DNA from: Octopus vulgaris
Taxonomy: Eukaryota
Length of the DNA stretch: 64,000 nucleotides
Assembly: GCA_951406725.2 (NCBI GenBank)
Contig: OX597823.1
Span: 112,964,001 to 113,028,000 of the forward strand
Reading direction: 5' to 3'
Shown: piece after piece, positions 42,801 to 55,330 of the stretch
Layout: each line of letters starts with the position of its first letter
Numbering within the stretch: position 1 is the first letter of the stretch
Notes under the pieces: generated by a model
Databases searched by the model: none
What the model was told of the DNA's origin: nothing
The model's input: only the letters and a program-made list of their open reading frames with translations
Position numbers and translations under genes: made by a program

Positions 42801-43569
42801 ATGACATTCAAACTGTGCCTAACCCATTTTTCTAGGTATAACTTACTTGCATTATATAACTCTGGTTTACTTATTACCAGGTGTCTTAGGTAGAGAGTGA
42901 TTTAAGAGAGTCTTGACGTGTTTAAATAAATATATACGCATATATTATGCATTACTATGCATCTGTATACGTCTGATGTTGAAATACCTGAAGCACCTAA
43001 TGACCTAAGGAAATATCTCTGATGATGTGTTTAGGTGCATTTCAGGATGATGTATGGAAAATATGAATTATGGATTTTTAAGTTAGTTCAAATATGTTTG
43101 CAATATATTTTAACTTCTAAAATAAATTTTCACTGCAGTTTACCGGGTAGGAAAAATTATCACTTATAGTAAAATGTGTAAAAACACACCATCTAACTCA
43201 TAGAGGCATTTCTGTCTCTCCAGACTTCCTCCGTGAGAGACACTGAAGAAAGATAAACCAAAGGTGATTCCAAAGTTATAGCTACACCTACTGTATTTGT
43301 TCTGACCAGGCGGTCCTGTATCGGTATTATTGACTGTTTAATTATAAGGCTATGAATTTCTAATTTGCTCAGGTTTTATCTCACTTCGGTATCTCGTACT
43401 AAGGAAAGATAGGAATCCAGGAATGCGTCTAAGAGTACAAGAGAGCGCGGCACAGAGCCGATAAGGTGTTTTTAAATAGTATATACGTATATGTGTATAT
43501 CTGTTTGCATATATAATTTATCTATCTACAATTCACAAACACGCGTGTATATATGTGTACACACACACT

Positions 43570-43655
<86 letters not shown>

Positions 43656-44030
43656 CAGATATATGCATATTTACATAGAAAACATCTGGTCATTGGCAAA
43701 GATGTGTAATTTCGAGCTTCACAAACGGCTGTGAAATAAGTATATATGTAATATTTTCTTCGCGGCAATGTGCAGTGAAATTGGTTTGGAAGACAAAATA
43801 TTTCCTTAATATCTTTCTAGAAGCTTCATGTTTCTGTCTTTCACAACTCTGTCTTGTATCACTACTGCTATATGTATCATATATGTGTATGTCTGAACAT
43901 ATACTTACATTTGTTTATATTATAACCATATGTGTGTTTGTATACTCTCACACACATGTATATATATATATATATACACGCCCACAGAACTTTATATATA
44001 TATTAAATATTTAACATGATAAATTAAATA

Positions 44031-44061
<31 letters not shown>

Positions 44062-44062
44062 C

Positions 44063-44236
44063 TTAAATATTCAACATGATAATTGTATTGTAGGCAACTG
44101 GTCCTAATGTTTTAAGTTTAAAATTCAGTTAATGAGTTTCTTCTATAAGAAAGATAATGATTTTATACCTTTAAGAAATATTGCTTAATTCTATTTGCTT
44201 ATTTATTTAACTATTATTGTTAACCTGAAGAGTGAC
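44063..44236 (+). repeat. partial direct copy of 45171-45353, ending inside the hammerhead core
   Basis: Both copies contain TTAAATATT.AACATGATAA...GTAGGCAACTGGTCCTAATGTTTTAAGTTTAAAATT...CTGAAGAGTGAC. Confidence 0.85.
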
Positions 44237-44261
44237 TATACATACATACATACATACATAT

Positions 44262-44330
<69 letters not shown>

Positions 44331-44331
<1 letters not shown>

Positions 44332-44489
44332 TGAAGGATTAAAATTAATCAAAAGACATATTACGTATGTTAACCTGCTGGAAATAATAGTAAAAATTCT
44401 TATTAAAATCGGCAAGATAAGAGTTGTGACTGTTATTTCCAGCAGGTAGACATACTTAGTATGTCCTTTGATTCATTTTAATCCTTCAG
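44331..44489. repeat. about 160-bp imperfect palindrome abutting (TA)n
   Basis: CTGAAGGATTAAAAT..ACCTGCTGGAAATAA pairs with TTATTTCCAGCAGGT..ATTTTAATCCTTCAG. Confidence 0.88.
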
Positions 44490-44933
44490 CTATTTAATAT
44501 TTTTGTGGGGTTTGCAATCGCCTATATTACTGATTTTGTTATCATTTTTAAATTGTTACACTAGATAATAACAGAGTCAGTCGTATCTTCGCATATTATT
44601 TTTTCTCGTGAATGATTTGCTCTGAAGTGATAGGCTCAAATAATTTCCTTTTTATTCTCTAAAAATGTTTTCTTTGTATTAGTTCAGTAAACGCACCTCA
44701 GTTTTCCATTTGTGATTTTCATATCGAATTTACTATTGATTTACAATGATGTGTAATTTCGAGCCGCCCAAACGCCTGTGAAATAAGTTTAATAAGTTCT
44801 ATTCTCTTTGGGGTTTATTTAGTTTAAACATACATGTATACATGCAAGATTATACAGATACATGCATGCATCAACATAAATACATTCCGCGAGATATATA
44901 TTCGTACAAATATGTATGTATCTATGTCTGTCC

Positions 44934-45010
<77 letters not shown>

Positions 45011-45012
<2 letters not shown>

Positions 45013-45683
45013 AGAGAAAAACCGCTATTATGCAATTCAAACAATGATATACATAAATCAAATCATAAATAAAAGCATATTCTATAGGTTATTAATGTTT
45101 TTTTTTAATTAAAGCTAAATTATATCTTTACACCTAAATACATTTTCTATTTACTCTATTTTTTTTAACTTTAAATATTTAACATGATAAATGTTTTGTA
45201 GGCAACTGGTCCTAATGTTTTAAGTTTAAAATTTAGGCAATGAGTTTCTTCTATAAGAAAAATCCTGATTTTATTTCTTTAAGAAATATTGTTTAATTCT
45301 ATTTGCATACTTATTTAACTATTATTGTTGTTTTTGTTAAGCTGAAGAGTGACAATAATTTTAAATTAAAGTTTTTCGATACAATTTAAATTTAATTGTA
45401 ATTCAAATTTAAATTATAGCCATGAAACGTTCGTAGCTTTTTTATTTATTACATATTGTTTATTCATTTTTGTACTTTTTATAATCTAATTATTTGTTTT
45501 AAAATATATTTTTAAAATATATTTTATTTTTTATTTATTATTTAGTTTATGTCCTTCATTGTTTGAATTGCATAATAGCGGTTTTTCTCTAATTTATATA
45601 TTATATATTTATATTGTGAAAGTTAATTTAATATTAAATTGAAATTTTCCTTGCAAGTTTGGAGTTATGCTCCCTAAAATTGT
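45011..45683 (+). mobile_element. hammerhead-containing fold-back element X1 (PLE-like, non-coding)
   Basis: Inverted arms at about 45011-45074 and 45528-45591 enclose a hammerhead motif. The end ...AAGTTTGGAGTTATGCTCCCTAAAATTG runs into (AAT)n. Confidence 0.65.
45338..45439 (+). ncRNA. type-I hammerhead ribozyme motif (stem I damaged)
   Basis: CTGAAGA (45342-45348), long AT-rich stem II (GTGACAATAAT...ATTATAGCCAT), GAAAC (45424-45428), GTTC, GTA. Shares GCCATGAAACG(T/A)TCGTAG with the 46.0-kb motif. Confidence 0.6.
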
Positions 45684-45705
45684 AATAATAATAATAATAA
45701 TAATG

Positions 45706-45741
<36 letters not shown>

Positions 45742-45743
45742 GT

Positions 45744-45780
<37 letters not shown>

Positions 45781-46195
45781 ATAATAAATATTAGGGAATA
45801 AATCCAAACTTACAGAGAAAAATCAGATTTAGGATTGAATCCAATTTTATAGTAAAATATTATATTATATTAAATTAGAGACAAAACCACTATTAGGCAA
45901 ATCAAACAATGAAAAACTTAAGCCAATACATAAGATTATTTAATTTATATTATTTAAGTATATAGCAAAATTATTAACAAAATATAATTAATATCACACT
46001 ACGATCGTTTCATGGCTGCTAACTTCTTCAAATTTTCAAGTCACAGTCATTCATCAGGTGGTTTAAATATTTATTTTTTTAATAATTTTGTTATATATTT
46101 AAATAATATAAATTAAATAATCTTATGTATTGGCTTAAGTTTTTCATTGTTTGATTTGCCTAATAGTGGTTTTGTCTCTAATTTAATATAATATA
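45781..46195 (-). mobile_element. hammerhead-containing fold-back element X2 (PLE-like, non-coding)
   Basis: Inverted arms of about 123 bp at 45861-45983 and 46073-46195 enclose a hammerhead. Arms and terminal segment are homologous to X1. Flanked by microsatellites. Confidence 0.75.
45997..46060 (-). ncRNA. minimal type-I hammerhead ribozyme
   Basis: Minus strand: CAC-CTGATGA-ATGACTGTGAC...GTTAGCAGCCAT-GAAAC-GATC-GTA-GTG. The core is intact, and the palindromic ACGATCGT stem III is typical of PLE hammerheads. Confidence 0.8.
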
Positions 46196-49100
46196 TATAT
46201 ACACACACATATATATACACATATGTGTATATACATATGGTAGAATAATTGTAAATTCGTGTTCAACAGTACTGTCATGGGACGAAAAAGCAAAGAAGAG
46301 GTCATTAGTTCAGAGGGACCCAAGTCTTCTGTTCTGTGTAGATGAAGAACAGAGAGATAAAGTAATGGATATCTGAGACCAACTTTGGAGGTAAGTAAAT
46401 GCTTTATAGTCATTTTATAGCAAGATACTCATTTACATAAGGTAGAGACAGAACAAACGAGAAATAAATCGACGTAAACAGTGTAAGGATTTCTGCCGAA
46501 CAAAATGTAAAATGAATATGTATGGTTATTGGTAGTAATTCTTTAACAGATTGGTTGCCACAGAAAATACATAAAAGTGGAAGATGTAGAAACCACTATA
46601 AGCTGAAACGTATTAAGTTTTGTCCTTCAGTTACCGCGGTGGACATAACCAATGCCTATGGATTTATTTTTCTGGTTCCCCACTTCCTTCTCTCCTACTT
46701 CTTTCTATCATTCTTATCCTCTCTCTTCTCCGTCTTCTCCATCTCATTTACCGCTTGTTTTTTTCTCTTCCTTCTACTCTCCTACTTTTCTGTATTAGCT
46801 TTGTATCAAACATCTAGTAAATAGTTTTATATTATTGTCTCGTTTTCGATATTTCTTGTCAGCGTCACTAATCCGGCCACTGCAATCGTGTACGTAGCCT
46901 CAGTTTAATTGAGTATTCTCATTATGAACCTACATCGTTTGCCAGTCTGATATGATGGGTATTTGATAGAGGAGTGCGAATGCAGCAGGAATGGAAGATA
47001 ATAGAAAATAGAACAGAATGGACTAAGCGGATCAGGAGCATACACGAGGACGAAAAGTGTCGCGGAAGAGGTCACAAATGTGTGACGAGAGATTTCTGGA
47101 CAATTGACATCAGTTAAAATAAGAACAATAATAAACGAGTAAGGGACGAATATATTGTGTGTGTGTTTATTTCATAGGAAAACTAAGATCAGCTTGGAAT
47201 ATAAAAATATCTGTTTCAACACACGGTTTCACATTGGAAATCTTGCAACACAAATTCAAAATCATAATAGAAACTATTATTTAAAAATAGTTAATTATTG
47301 TAATTATCATGCGATAAAATTAATTAAGATGGTGTGCACAATATAGGAGGAGGTTTGACAAATTCATTTTTTAATGGCCTTTGTCTGGAATGGTTTGAGT
47401 CCTCGACTCTCCATTCGCTCTTAGTCCGATGAGATCGACGTGTTTGAAGGTTCTTTTGAAGAAACAGAGAGGGAATTGCGAAAGGAAGTCGTTCAGAAGA
47501 AGACATTGGCGTAGTATTTAAATTGGGATGTGGGATGGGATTTAGTAGACACAATATCAATAAAGAAAGGAGTAATGACTAAATTCACAGAGCTTGAATT
47601 GAAACGAGCCATACCCGTGTTTTTCGAAGAGAAAAGCGCACTGTAGTAGCAGTAGAAAAGGCAAAGACAGATAACAGTACTTGCATTTTCGAATTAAGAG
47701 CTGATGGTGTGTTGCAGGGGCGAAACCATATTGAGCAAGATGCTACTTCAAGAAAACCTTCTTCATTTACGCTTCTAATTTCATTAATGAAAATGTGAAT
47801 GTTAAATAATGTCATGGTCACCATCTTTTAGCACTCACAATGTGTTGCTTTGGGCCCTAATATGATATAACTATAATAATGACGAATAATACGGTTCGAT
47901 TATCATTTCACTGGGCAAGATTTCCTATGGCATCTAATACTGTAGAATTTGACATTAACTTTAATCCCCTCTCCAAATCGATAAACAGGAAATAAACTGT
48001 AGACGACCTAAGTGACTACAAAAGTTTCATTCTTATGGAAGAAGCTTTGTGTCGAACAAATTCGATATTAATTTGATAACTTTACTTTCTTGCCACATAT
48101 TTCCACGGAGGAAGCTTAAAGTCGATTGAATTCATACTATTCCTGTACTGGTGCAAATTTTATCGTCCACAGGGGGATGGAAATTAATAATTAAATCTGT
48201 AAAATTCCAATCCTGAATTTAGTAGGCCATAACTAAATATTGCATGTTATTTAATCTAGCTATCTACCATTTCTACCAACGCAACGCCTTCCGGAAATAC
48301 AACACTATCGAATATAAAATTATCAACCAAACCTGACTCACTTGTCGGATAAACTCATAAAAAATTTTTCTGCGGACGTTTGGACAGTGGACATTATTGA
48401 ATCAATCAAAACAGTGTTTACTGCTGAACACCTGCGTTTATTTGATGCAGACTGACTTTTAATTAAATTGCCAGACAAGAAATCGATATGAACTTGCATG
48501 TCGTATGTAGACAGATATTTTCATTCTCAGGAAACAACCATTTGCAAAACATTGAAATTAGACTGCGAAAGCATGTCTGCCTTTGTTACCAAAGTACATC
48601 GTTTCTCGTGTACGATATGTTGCAGTTCGATTGAGACAACAACGTTCGTTATTAATCTTATCCCATAAAACAAAAAAAGAGGGAGAATAGTGGTCGACAG
48701 CGGGGTAGGTGGAGCAACATACAAAAGGCCTGTGGTATTTAGTTTCGTTCTTTCATGTGCTGAGTTTTAAATAACCCCCATCCACCTTAACCTGATTTGT
48801 GACGTTCCCTCTAAAACAGAAATCACAATCTGTGGTTTTCTGCCAATAGTGGAAATCGTATTATTAGAAATAAATATGGTGGTGAATGTCAGAAAAATCA
48901 ATGTGCTACACGAAAGAATTAAAGTATGTAATTCAGCGAATTTATGTTCTCAGTTATTTGATCTCGGATTAAACTTGATTTGGCAAGGCTATGATCAAAA
49001 TCTTTTCGGCCATTGCAATCATGTGTTTAGTGGTATCGTGAATTAAATTATGTAGTTTATCTTCCTTGTTTAAAAGATAGGATTTCATTTGAGAGAGATT

Positions 49101-49356
49101 TGTTACTATTTCATGCTGGCAGAACCATCAAGTTGAAAGCCCCTTGCTGGTTTGTGGGATTTTCGTGTTCTAATATATCGGAACGACTTTGATAGCAATG
49201 AAATTAATATAGGGGTAAATTTAATCTACCATTCTTCCTTTCCAAACTGTTGAGTTGTTAGAAGTGGAGAAATCTATTTTAATAGAATATAGAGAAAAGA
49301 TGACTGAAATAGCGGAACACTGGATTAGATATCTAGCAATATTTTGCCTCATCTAA

Positions 49357-49998
49357 GACGGCGAGCTGGCAGAAACTTTAGCACGCCGGGTGAAATGCTT
49401 AGCGGTATTGCGTCTGCTGCTACGTTCTGAGTTCAAATTCCGTCGAGGTCGACTTTACCTTTCATTCTTTCCGGGTCGATAAATTAAGTACCAGTTACGC
49501 ACTAAGCTCGATGTAATCGACTTAATCTCTTTGTCTGTCCTTGTTTGCCCACTCTGTGTTTAGCTCCTTATGTGCAATAAAGAAAGAAGAAACGTTAGCA
49601 CACCGGGCAAAATGCTTAGCGGCATTTCGTCTGCCGTTACGTTCTGAGTTCAAATTCCGCCGAGGTCGACTTTGCCTTTCATCCTTTCGGGGTCGATAAA
49701 TTAAGTACCAGTCACGCACTAGGGTCGATGTAATCGACTTAATCCCTTTGTCTGTCCTTGTTTGTCCCCTCTGTGTTTAGCCCCTTGTGGGCAATAAAGA
49801 ATTAAGAAACGTTAGCACGCTGGGCGAATTGCTTAACATTATTCCGTCTGTTTTTACGTTCTAAGTTCAAATTCGGCCGAGGTCGACTTTGCCTTTTATC
49901 CTTTCAGGCCGATAATTACGAGTTGCGTACTGGAATCTATTTAATCGACTGGCGTACTCCCCCTAATTTTCGGGCCTTGTGCCTAGAGTAGAAAAGAA
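49357..49998 (+). mobile_element. SINE family A head-to-tail trimer (last unit has a different, type-3 tail)
   Basis: AGAAAC(G/T)TTAGCAC at 49371, 49588 and 49805 (period 217). One TSD, AATA(T/A)TTT(G/A)CCTCATCTA, at 49338-49355 and 49997-50014. Confidence 0.88.
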
Positions 49999-50111
49999 TA
50001 ATTTACCTCATCTATAGAACTGCTGAATTCGCATCTCACCAATGTCGACCTTTGTTTCCTCTGCACAAATTTAAAACCTCTAGTAACTAATAGTATACTA
50101 AAATCCAGTAT

Positions 50112-50330
50112 GGTTGCGAACTGGCATTCTGCCATCTCGCCTGCCGGACAAAAAGCTTGACTGCATTTCGTCCATCTTTACGTTCTGACTTCAAATTCCC
50201 GAGGTCGACTTTGCCTTTCACCTTTTTGGGGTTGATAAAATAAGTACCAGTTGAGCATTGGGGGCGATGTGATCGGCTTAGCCCCCTACCCCGAAGTTGC
50301 TGGCTTTGTGCCAAAATTTGAAGTTGATAT
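50112..50330 (+). mobile_element. SINE family A' (type-2 tail)
   Basis: TSD TAAAATCCAGT at 50099-50109 and 50333-50343. Confidence 0.8.
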
Positions 50331-50914
50331 GGTAAAATCCAGTTGAAACTTTCAAAAGTATTGAACTTAATGTCTTTTAGGAGGTGTTTTTATGAAGGGA
50401 ATAAAATAGGAATTTTAATAACTGTTACATCTTAATTTATATTCCTTTGAGACGAATTCATACATTCAGGTGTAATTTCATCTAGAATCTATATCATCAC
50501 ACATTATAAAAAAATTTTGGAGAACCGGCTTATGTTTTACAATGTAGTCACACCCATACTTATGTCAGTGAACCATTAAAAACATTTGATGTCTGCATTG
50601 AAGTTCACACACTAAAGAGCTAAACAGTCTTAAAAGGAAACGAAATACATTACGAGATAGAAATAAAATATATTTATTAAATTATTTGATAATTTCATGA
50701 ATATGAATTACATTTTTAACGATGTTATATTTTTATTTTGTGTCTGCGAGAACAATAGGAATGGCTCTAAGTGTACTCTCAGTTTCCTAGAAATAGCTGC
50801 CTAAATTCATTCGCATTACAACAAACTTTCATCGAATGAAATTAACTATCTGATCGTGTCTATAGGATTAGGATTCAGATGGGAGATAAGGAACATGAAC
50901 AGTGCAAGTATAAC

Positions 50915-51110
50915 AGGGTGGTTGAGAAGCTCTTCTTGTAACCACGTAGTTCCAGGTTCAGTCCCACTGCATGGCAACTTAAGTAACTGTCTTCAGTTAC
51001 ATCTACGGGCTGATCAGACTTAATATTAAGTACTGTGGTTGATTTTTTTTTCATTAAACCCTTCAACGCGTACCCTAGCATGGCTGTAGTCCAATGACTG
51101 AAACAAATAA
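50915..51110 (+). mobile_element. diverged, internally deleted SINE family B
   Basis: GGTTCAGTCCCACTGCATGGCAAC...AGCATGGCTGTAGTCCAATGACTGAAACAAATAAAA. Confidence 0.6.
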
Positions 51111-52024
51111 AACATTTTTAAAAATGAAAAGCACATGTTTTAAAAATATAATGTCAATTCGAGATGTTATATTTTAATAAATTTAATACATTAAACGTAA
51201 AATAATTTGAATCATAAATCGGAAGTGAATTTCAAATCCTTGGTATCAAAAATCAGATGTATTGATAGAAATAATGCGAAAGTCTTTATGTGTCATACTA
51301 CATACTAGAAATTACAAGAAAGCTAATCTCAAACGACAGTCGAATGTCCTAAACATAGACGTCTGAAGTATATAGACAAGCCTTGGACATTGTCTTCGTA
51401 TATCAGACAAGCAGTTATGATGGTCATGAGTTGATTGAAGGTAAAATGACGAAAGTTTGACCTAGTTGTTATGGTTCAATTTCAATTTGTTTTCACCGTT
51501 TCTCAATAGATCCGATGTAGAAGAGAAGTTGTTACGTATGCACTAAAGGTCCTAAAAGATTTAGCTTACACAAGTGGTGTAATGGGTTTTCGCTTTAACC
51601 TAACGCCTAATCAGCTGAACGAATACTTTCGGTGTTGTCATATAATAGTTGACGGACATCGATATATTCCATAATGAGCACACAAAATGCTTGAATTTAA
51701 ATCATCAACATACTAAAGGCAACGTCTCAAACACTGATTTTATTCTTCAGAAGCAAAAAAGTACGTCAGCCACCAATGATTTCTAACTCTCTACAAATTA
51801 CACGTGAGAGTCTTTTTTGTAGACTACTCACATGTTTGAGGCAATGCTTCTGCTACACCGAACGATATTCTGACGATCTCTCAAAATATCCATTTGACTA
51901 TTCCATCGATCACCAACATAATGCAAACTTTGGCCCACAATTATGTTGTTTCATCTCTCTACACTTTCTACCGATACTAATATTGCTTCTGCTTCTTTGT
52001 GATCACAATACTTGTACCACTATT

Positions 52025-52139
52025 GCCTTTCATCCTTTCGGGGTCGATAAATTAAGTACCAGTTGCGTACCGGGGTCGACCTAATCGACTGGCCCCCGAC
52101 CCCAAAATTTTGGGCTTTGTGTCTAGAATAGAAAAGAAT
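52025..52139 (+). mobile_element. 5'-truncated SINE family A with type-3 tail
   Basis: Begins inside the central domain (GCCTTTCATCCTTTCGGGG). TSD AATA(C/T)TTGTACCAC(T/C)ATT at 52007-52024 and 52137-52154. Confidence 0.8.
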
Positions 52140-52865
52140 ATTTGTACCACCATTCAGAGACTAGAAACACGCCAACCAGTGCTTTCTTCACTTCATATAT
52201 TGTATTCATCTTCTCAAGACTATATTGAACTTCACGAAGAGCATTGAAAACATAACCCTCATTGGACACGACAGAGGTGTTTTGAAGGACATGGAGAGAG
52301 CCTCTTCATCACAAGACCTTCCTCTTCGTTGTATAGCCACATGGTTACTAGATTTTGCTTAGAATCTTGCATCAAAATAACCTGTTCTATTGCAAGTAAT
52401 TTTAAGCAAGATTATTTTACTGCTAAATCTAGCTGACCAATAATGTGGAAATGGAATTTAGTTAACGGAAAATTGCACCGCAGTCAAATACACATAAGCA
52501 CACACATGCACGTCAATGAACACGTACGCGTACATATACGTCAAACTGTATGCATCATGCACATACACACATACACATATGGGCGCTCGTATTAATCTTA
52601 ATGTAACATATAGATATATTGTTAATGTTGTCTACTTTTTATCTGATGGAATTTTTGCCCCTCCCCTGAAGCTTCATTTCCACCATCCTCGGTGATGAAT
52701 TCTCTAACTTTTGTATAATTAAGAACCATTCAAAGTAATGATGCCATCATTTACAGGAATGAAAATTACTTTAGAATAATTCCTATCAATGAATTATTAA
52801 ATCCATTCAGTTCATTAAAAAATAAAACTGAAAACACTAAATGATTTTTAATTGGAATGAGCATA

Positions 52866-52929
<64 letters not shown>

Positions 52930-52999
52930 GGTACTACTATTCATAGATACCAACACGCTAACTACTGATAATTTCTTTTAAAGATTTTATCCTCAATTG

Positions 53000-53034
<35 letters not shown>

Positions 53035-53115
53035 GTATGTATTTGTATATATATATATACTTATATATATGTATATATAGATATGTATGTATATATATAT
53101 ATATATGCATATATA

Positions 53116-53190
<75 letters not shown>

Positions 53191-53229
53191 ATCTGTGTGT
53201 GTGCGTATGTGTGTGTGTAAATGGATGGA

Positions 53230-54150
53230 TGAATTATCCTTTGTTTACAGTTAACACGGAAAATTCAATAAACAGTTACCAGGGTAGCAAAATTCACGCA
53301 AGTAACAAGGATGTAGCGACCTATTCAAAGGTAGAAACTCCGGGTTAATGTGCAGTAATTTGTATAGTATAAGTAAATAAATGGAGTTGAACGCAGGTGT
53401 TATTCAAATTCTTTTACTTTCGACATATGTTTCGAAGACAACATTGGTTTTATTCCAAAGGAATAAACGGTGTTAAATAATGTAATATTCTCATCAGGAA
53501 AGAAAGAAAACCTATCTCAACAACAAGACATTACAACAATTTTGATGACTGCATAAATGTTAAACATATCGCTATTAAGTATTTAAAAAAACCGTTTGTA
53601 GATCTGACGTCAAAGACAGACCATAGGAAGAGAAGGGGTAAATAAATAATACGTAGAGAATAAATAAAGAGGGATATATTGGTTGAAAATATGTTCAAAG
53701 GCTTGGAAGTAGATTTCTCTATTGAAGTAAAGTGCAAGGTGAACTAAATGTTCAAACTATACAGACCGGTATAAATCACTTATATGAGCTAAAGGTATGT
53801 TTCTGCCCGTGCTTACATTTGTAAGATCGCTCTATAAGTGTGATAACAAGGTGATTCTTAGAGAAGATAATATGGAAGAGTTCAGAGTTGCATATGTTAC
53901 AAAATTCTTTGCCCTGGTCATAAGGGAACGAGATGGACAGGATGAAACAATCTAACTTAAAATCCTTATTGTTCTCTTTAAGATACCAAACCAATTTACT
54001 CAGCCCTGTGCTATTACGTTTACTGATATCCCTAAATGAAGAATAATGATTAGAAATTCCCTTAGGTAACTGGGAAGAGGAAGCGCCAATATAGAAATAG
54101 ACATCGGTACCTTAAGTCTTTGTGCTGTTTAGTTACAATACTACTGTTTA
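53230..54150 (-). mobile_element. 3' fragment of a Penelope-like element (GIY-YIG C-terminus, UTR, hammerhead)
   Basis: Minus strand: DVYFYIGASSSQLPKGISNHYSSFRDISKRNSTGLSKLVWYLKENNKDFKLDCFILSISFPYDQGKEFCNICNSELFHIIFS...YKCKHGQKHTFSSYK* (YIG at 54093-54085, stop at 53776). This fits the YIG..NH..SF..ST.LS..W.LK..C..C..C.H pattern of PLE endonucleases. Confidence 0.85.
53417..53502 (-). ncRNA. type-I hammerhead ribozyme in the PLE 3' region
   Basis: Minus strand: CTTTC-CTGATGA-GAATATTACATT...AATGTTGTCTTC-GAAAC-ATAT-GTC-GAAAG. Perfect 5-bp stem I, intact core, palindromic ACATATGT stem III. Confidence 0.88.
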
Positions 54151-55104
54151 GGTACAATATAAGTGTACTAAGGTCAAGAACTAAAATACCAGTAATATTG
54201 ATTCAATCCACTGTATCTTTTTCCTATGAATTTTAGTTTCTGTTATTTTTTCATGAGAAATATGCTGTAGTATTCATGTTGTTCCGTTACAGAGAAAATT
54301 ATAGTATCATGCTTTTGCTGGGGGTGAATAACATTTCTGGCTCTGTTCATACCGGTGGACGCACCGTTTTGCGGGACACTGTGTGGATCAATAAACTTGC
54401 TTGAAATAGCAGCAAAATATGCCCGAAAGAACACTGTACTGATAGAAGAATGGTAAAACACACATAACATGAGATCACGTAGTTCTAGATGGATGCACAC
54501 CTCAACAAGAAATTATTCTAAAGGCTTGAATGCCATTAGTCACACACCTCCCTGGTACCGATCTGCTGGTTCACTAACATCTTTTAGTTGATCGCTACTC
54601 CTTTCAACGACCGGGATTTCTTTTGAGCAGTGCTGATCACTTCCATTGGCTACTATCCGATACCACGACTGAGACGTTGTCCGTGGATGCTGACACAGTT
54701 TTTCCTCGTTCTAGTTCGAGCGGAATGCACTTCAAGGTCTCTAGCTTTCGCGTTAGTATTTCATGAATCAACGGATACAAGCGAGAGGAGAGGGGACATC
54801 ATTTACGGACCAAGTCCATATTAATGAATAATTACAATGGGTGGCCATTCACTCTAATCTCAAATACATGTCGCCGTATATTACCACAATCCAACCACGG
54901 AAGTCGGGACCGAGATCGATTGCTGTGAGAGCAACCGCCTAGTATTAAATGAAGGCTTTTCATTTATCTAAATTCAAAAGGCCAAAATTAATGGTAAATT
55001 TTTTAACCATATTTTCTAGGATCCATAACATGAGTTAGAGGGTATCATAGACAGGTCTGTGCCAAACGCTGCATATTTTTGCACTATTATTTAGACAACC
55101 GGTC

Positions 55105-55330
55105 GCGGCGCATGAATTACTAGTTGGGGGTTGCACTCATGACTGTACTATTGAGGTTTCGATTCCCGCACCGTGCAAGGGATTGTGATCTTGAGCAGAA
55201 GTATTTCATTTCACGGTGCTTTAGCCCACTCAGCTGCCAACAATGAGTAATCCCTGCGATGGTTTGCCATCCCATCCAGGTGGGGATTTACATACGTCGC
55301 AGTATCCGGGAAACCGGCCAGAGGAGCCTA
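55105..55330 (+). mobile_element. diverged SINE family C
   Basis: GGTTTCGATTCC B box, TTGTGATCTTGAGCAGAAGTATTTCATTTCAC..CCACTCAGCTG..CCGGGAAACCGGCC, collinear with 12328-12585. Confidence 0.7.

Noticed and set aside
46250-47830. Non-repetitive-looking block with 78-100 aa ORFs
   Set aside because: No recognisable domain or convincing splice-site pair was found.
51500-52400. Moderately complex sequence that might be decayed coding DNA
   Set aside because: The frames I read have frequent stops and no identifiable motif.
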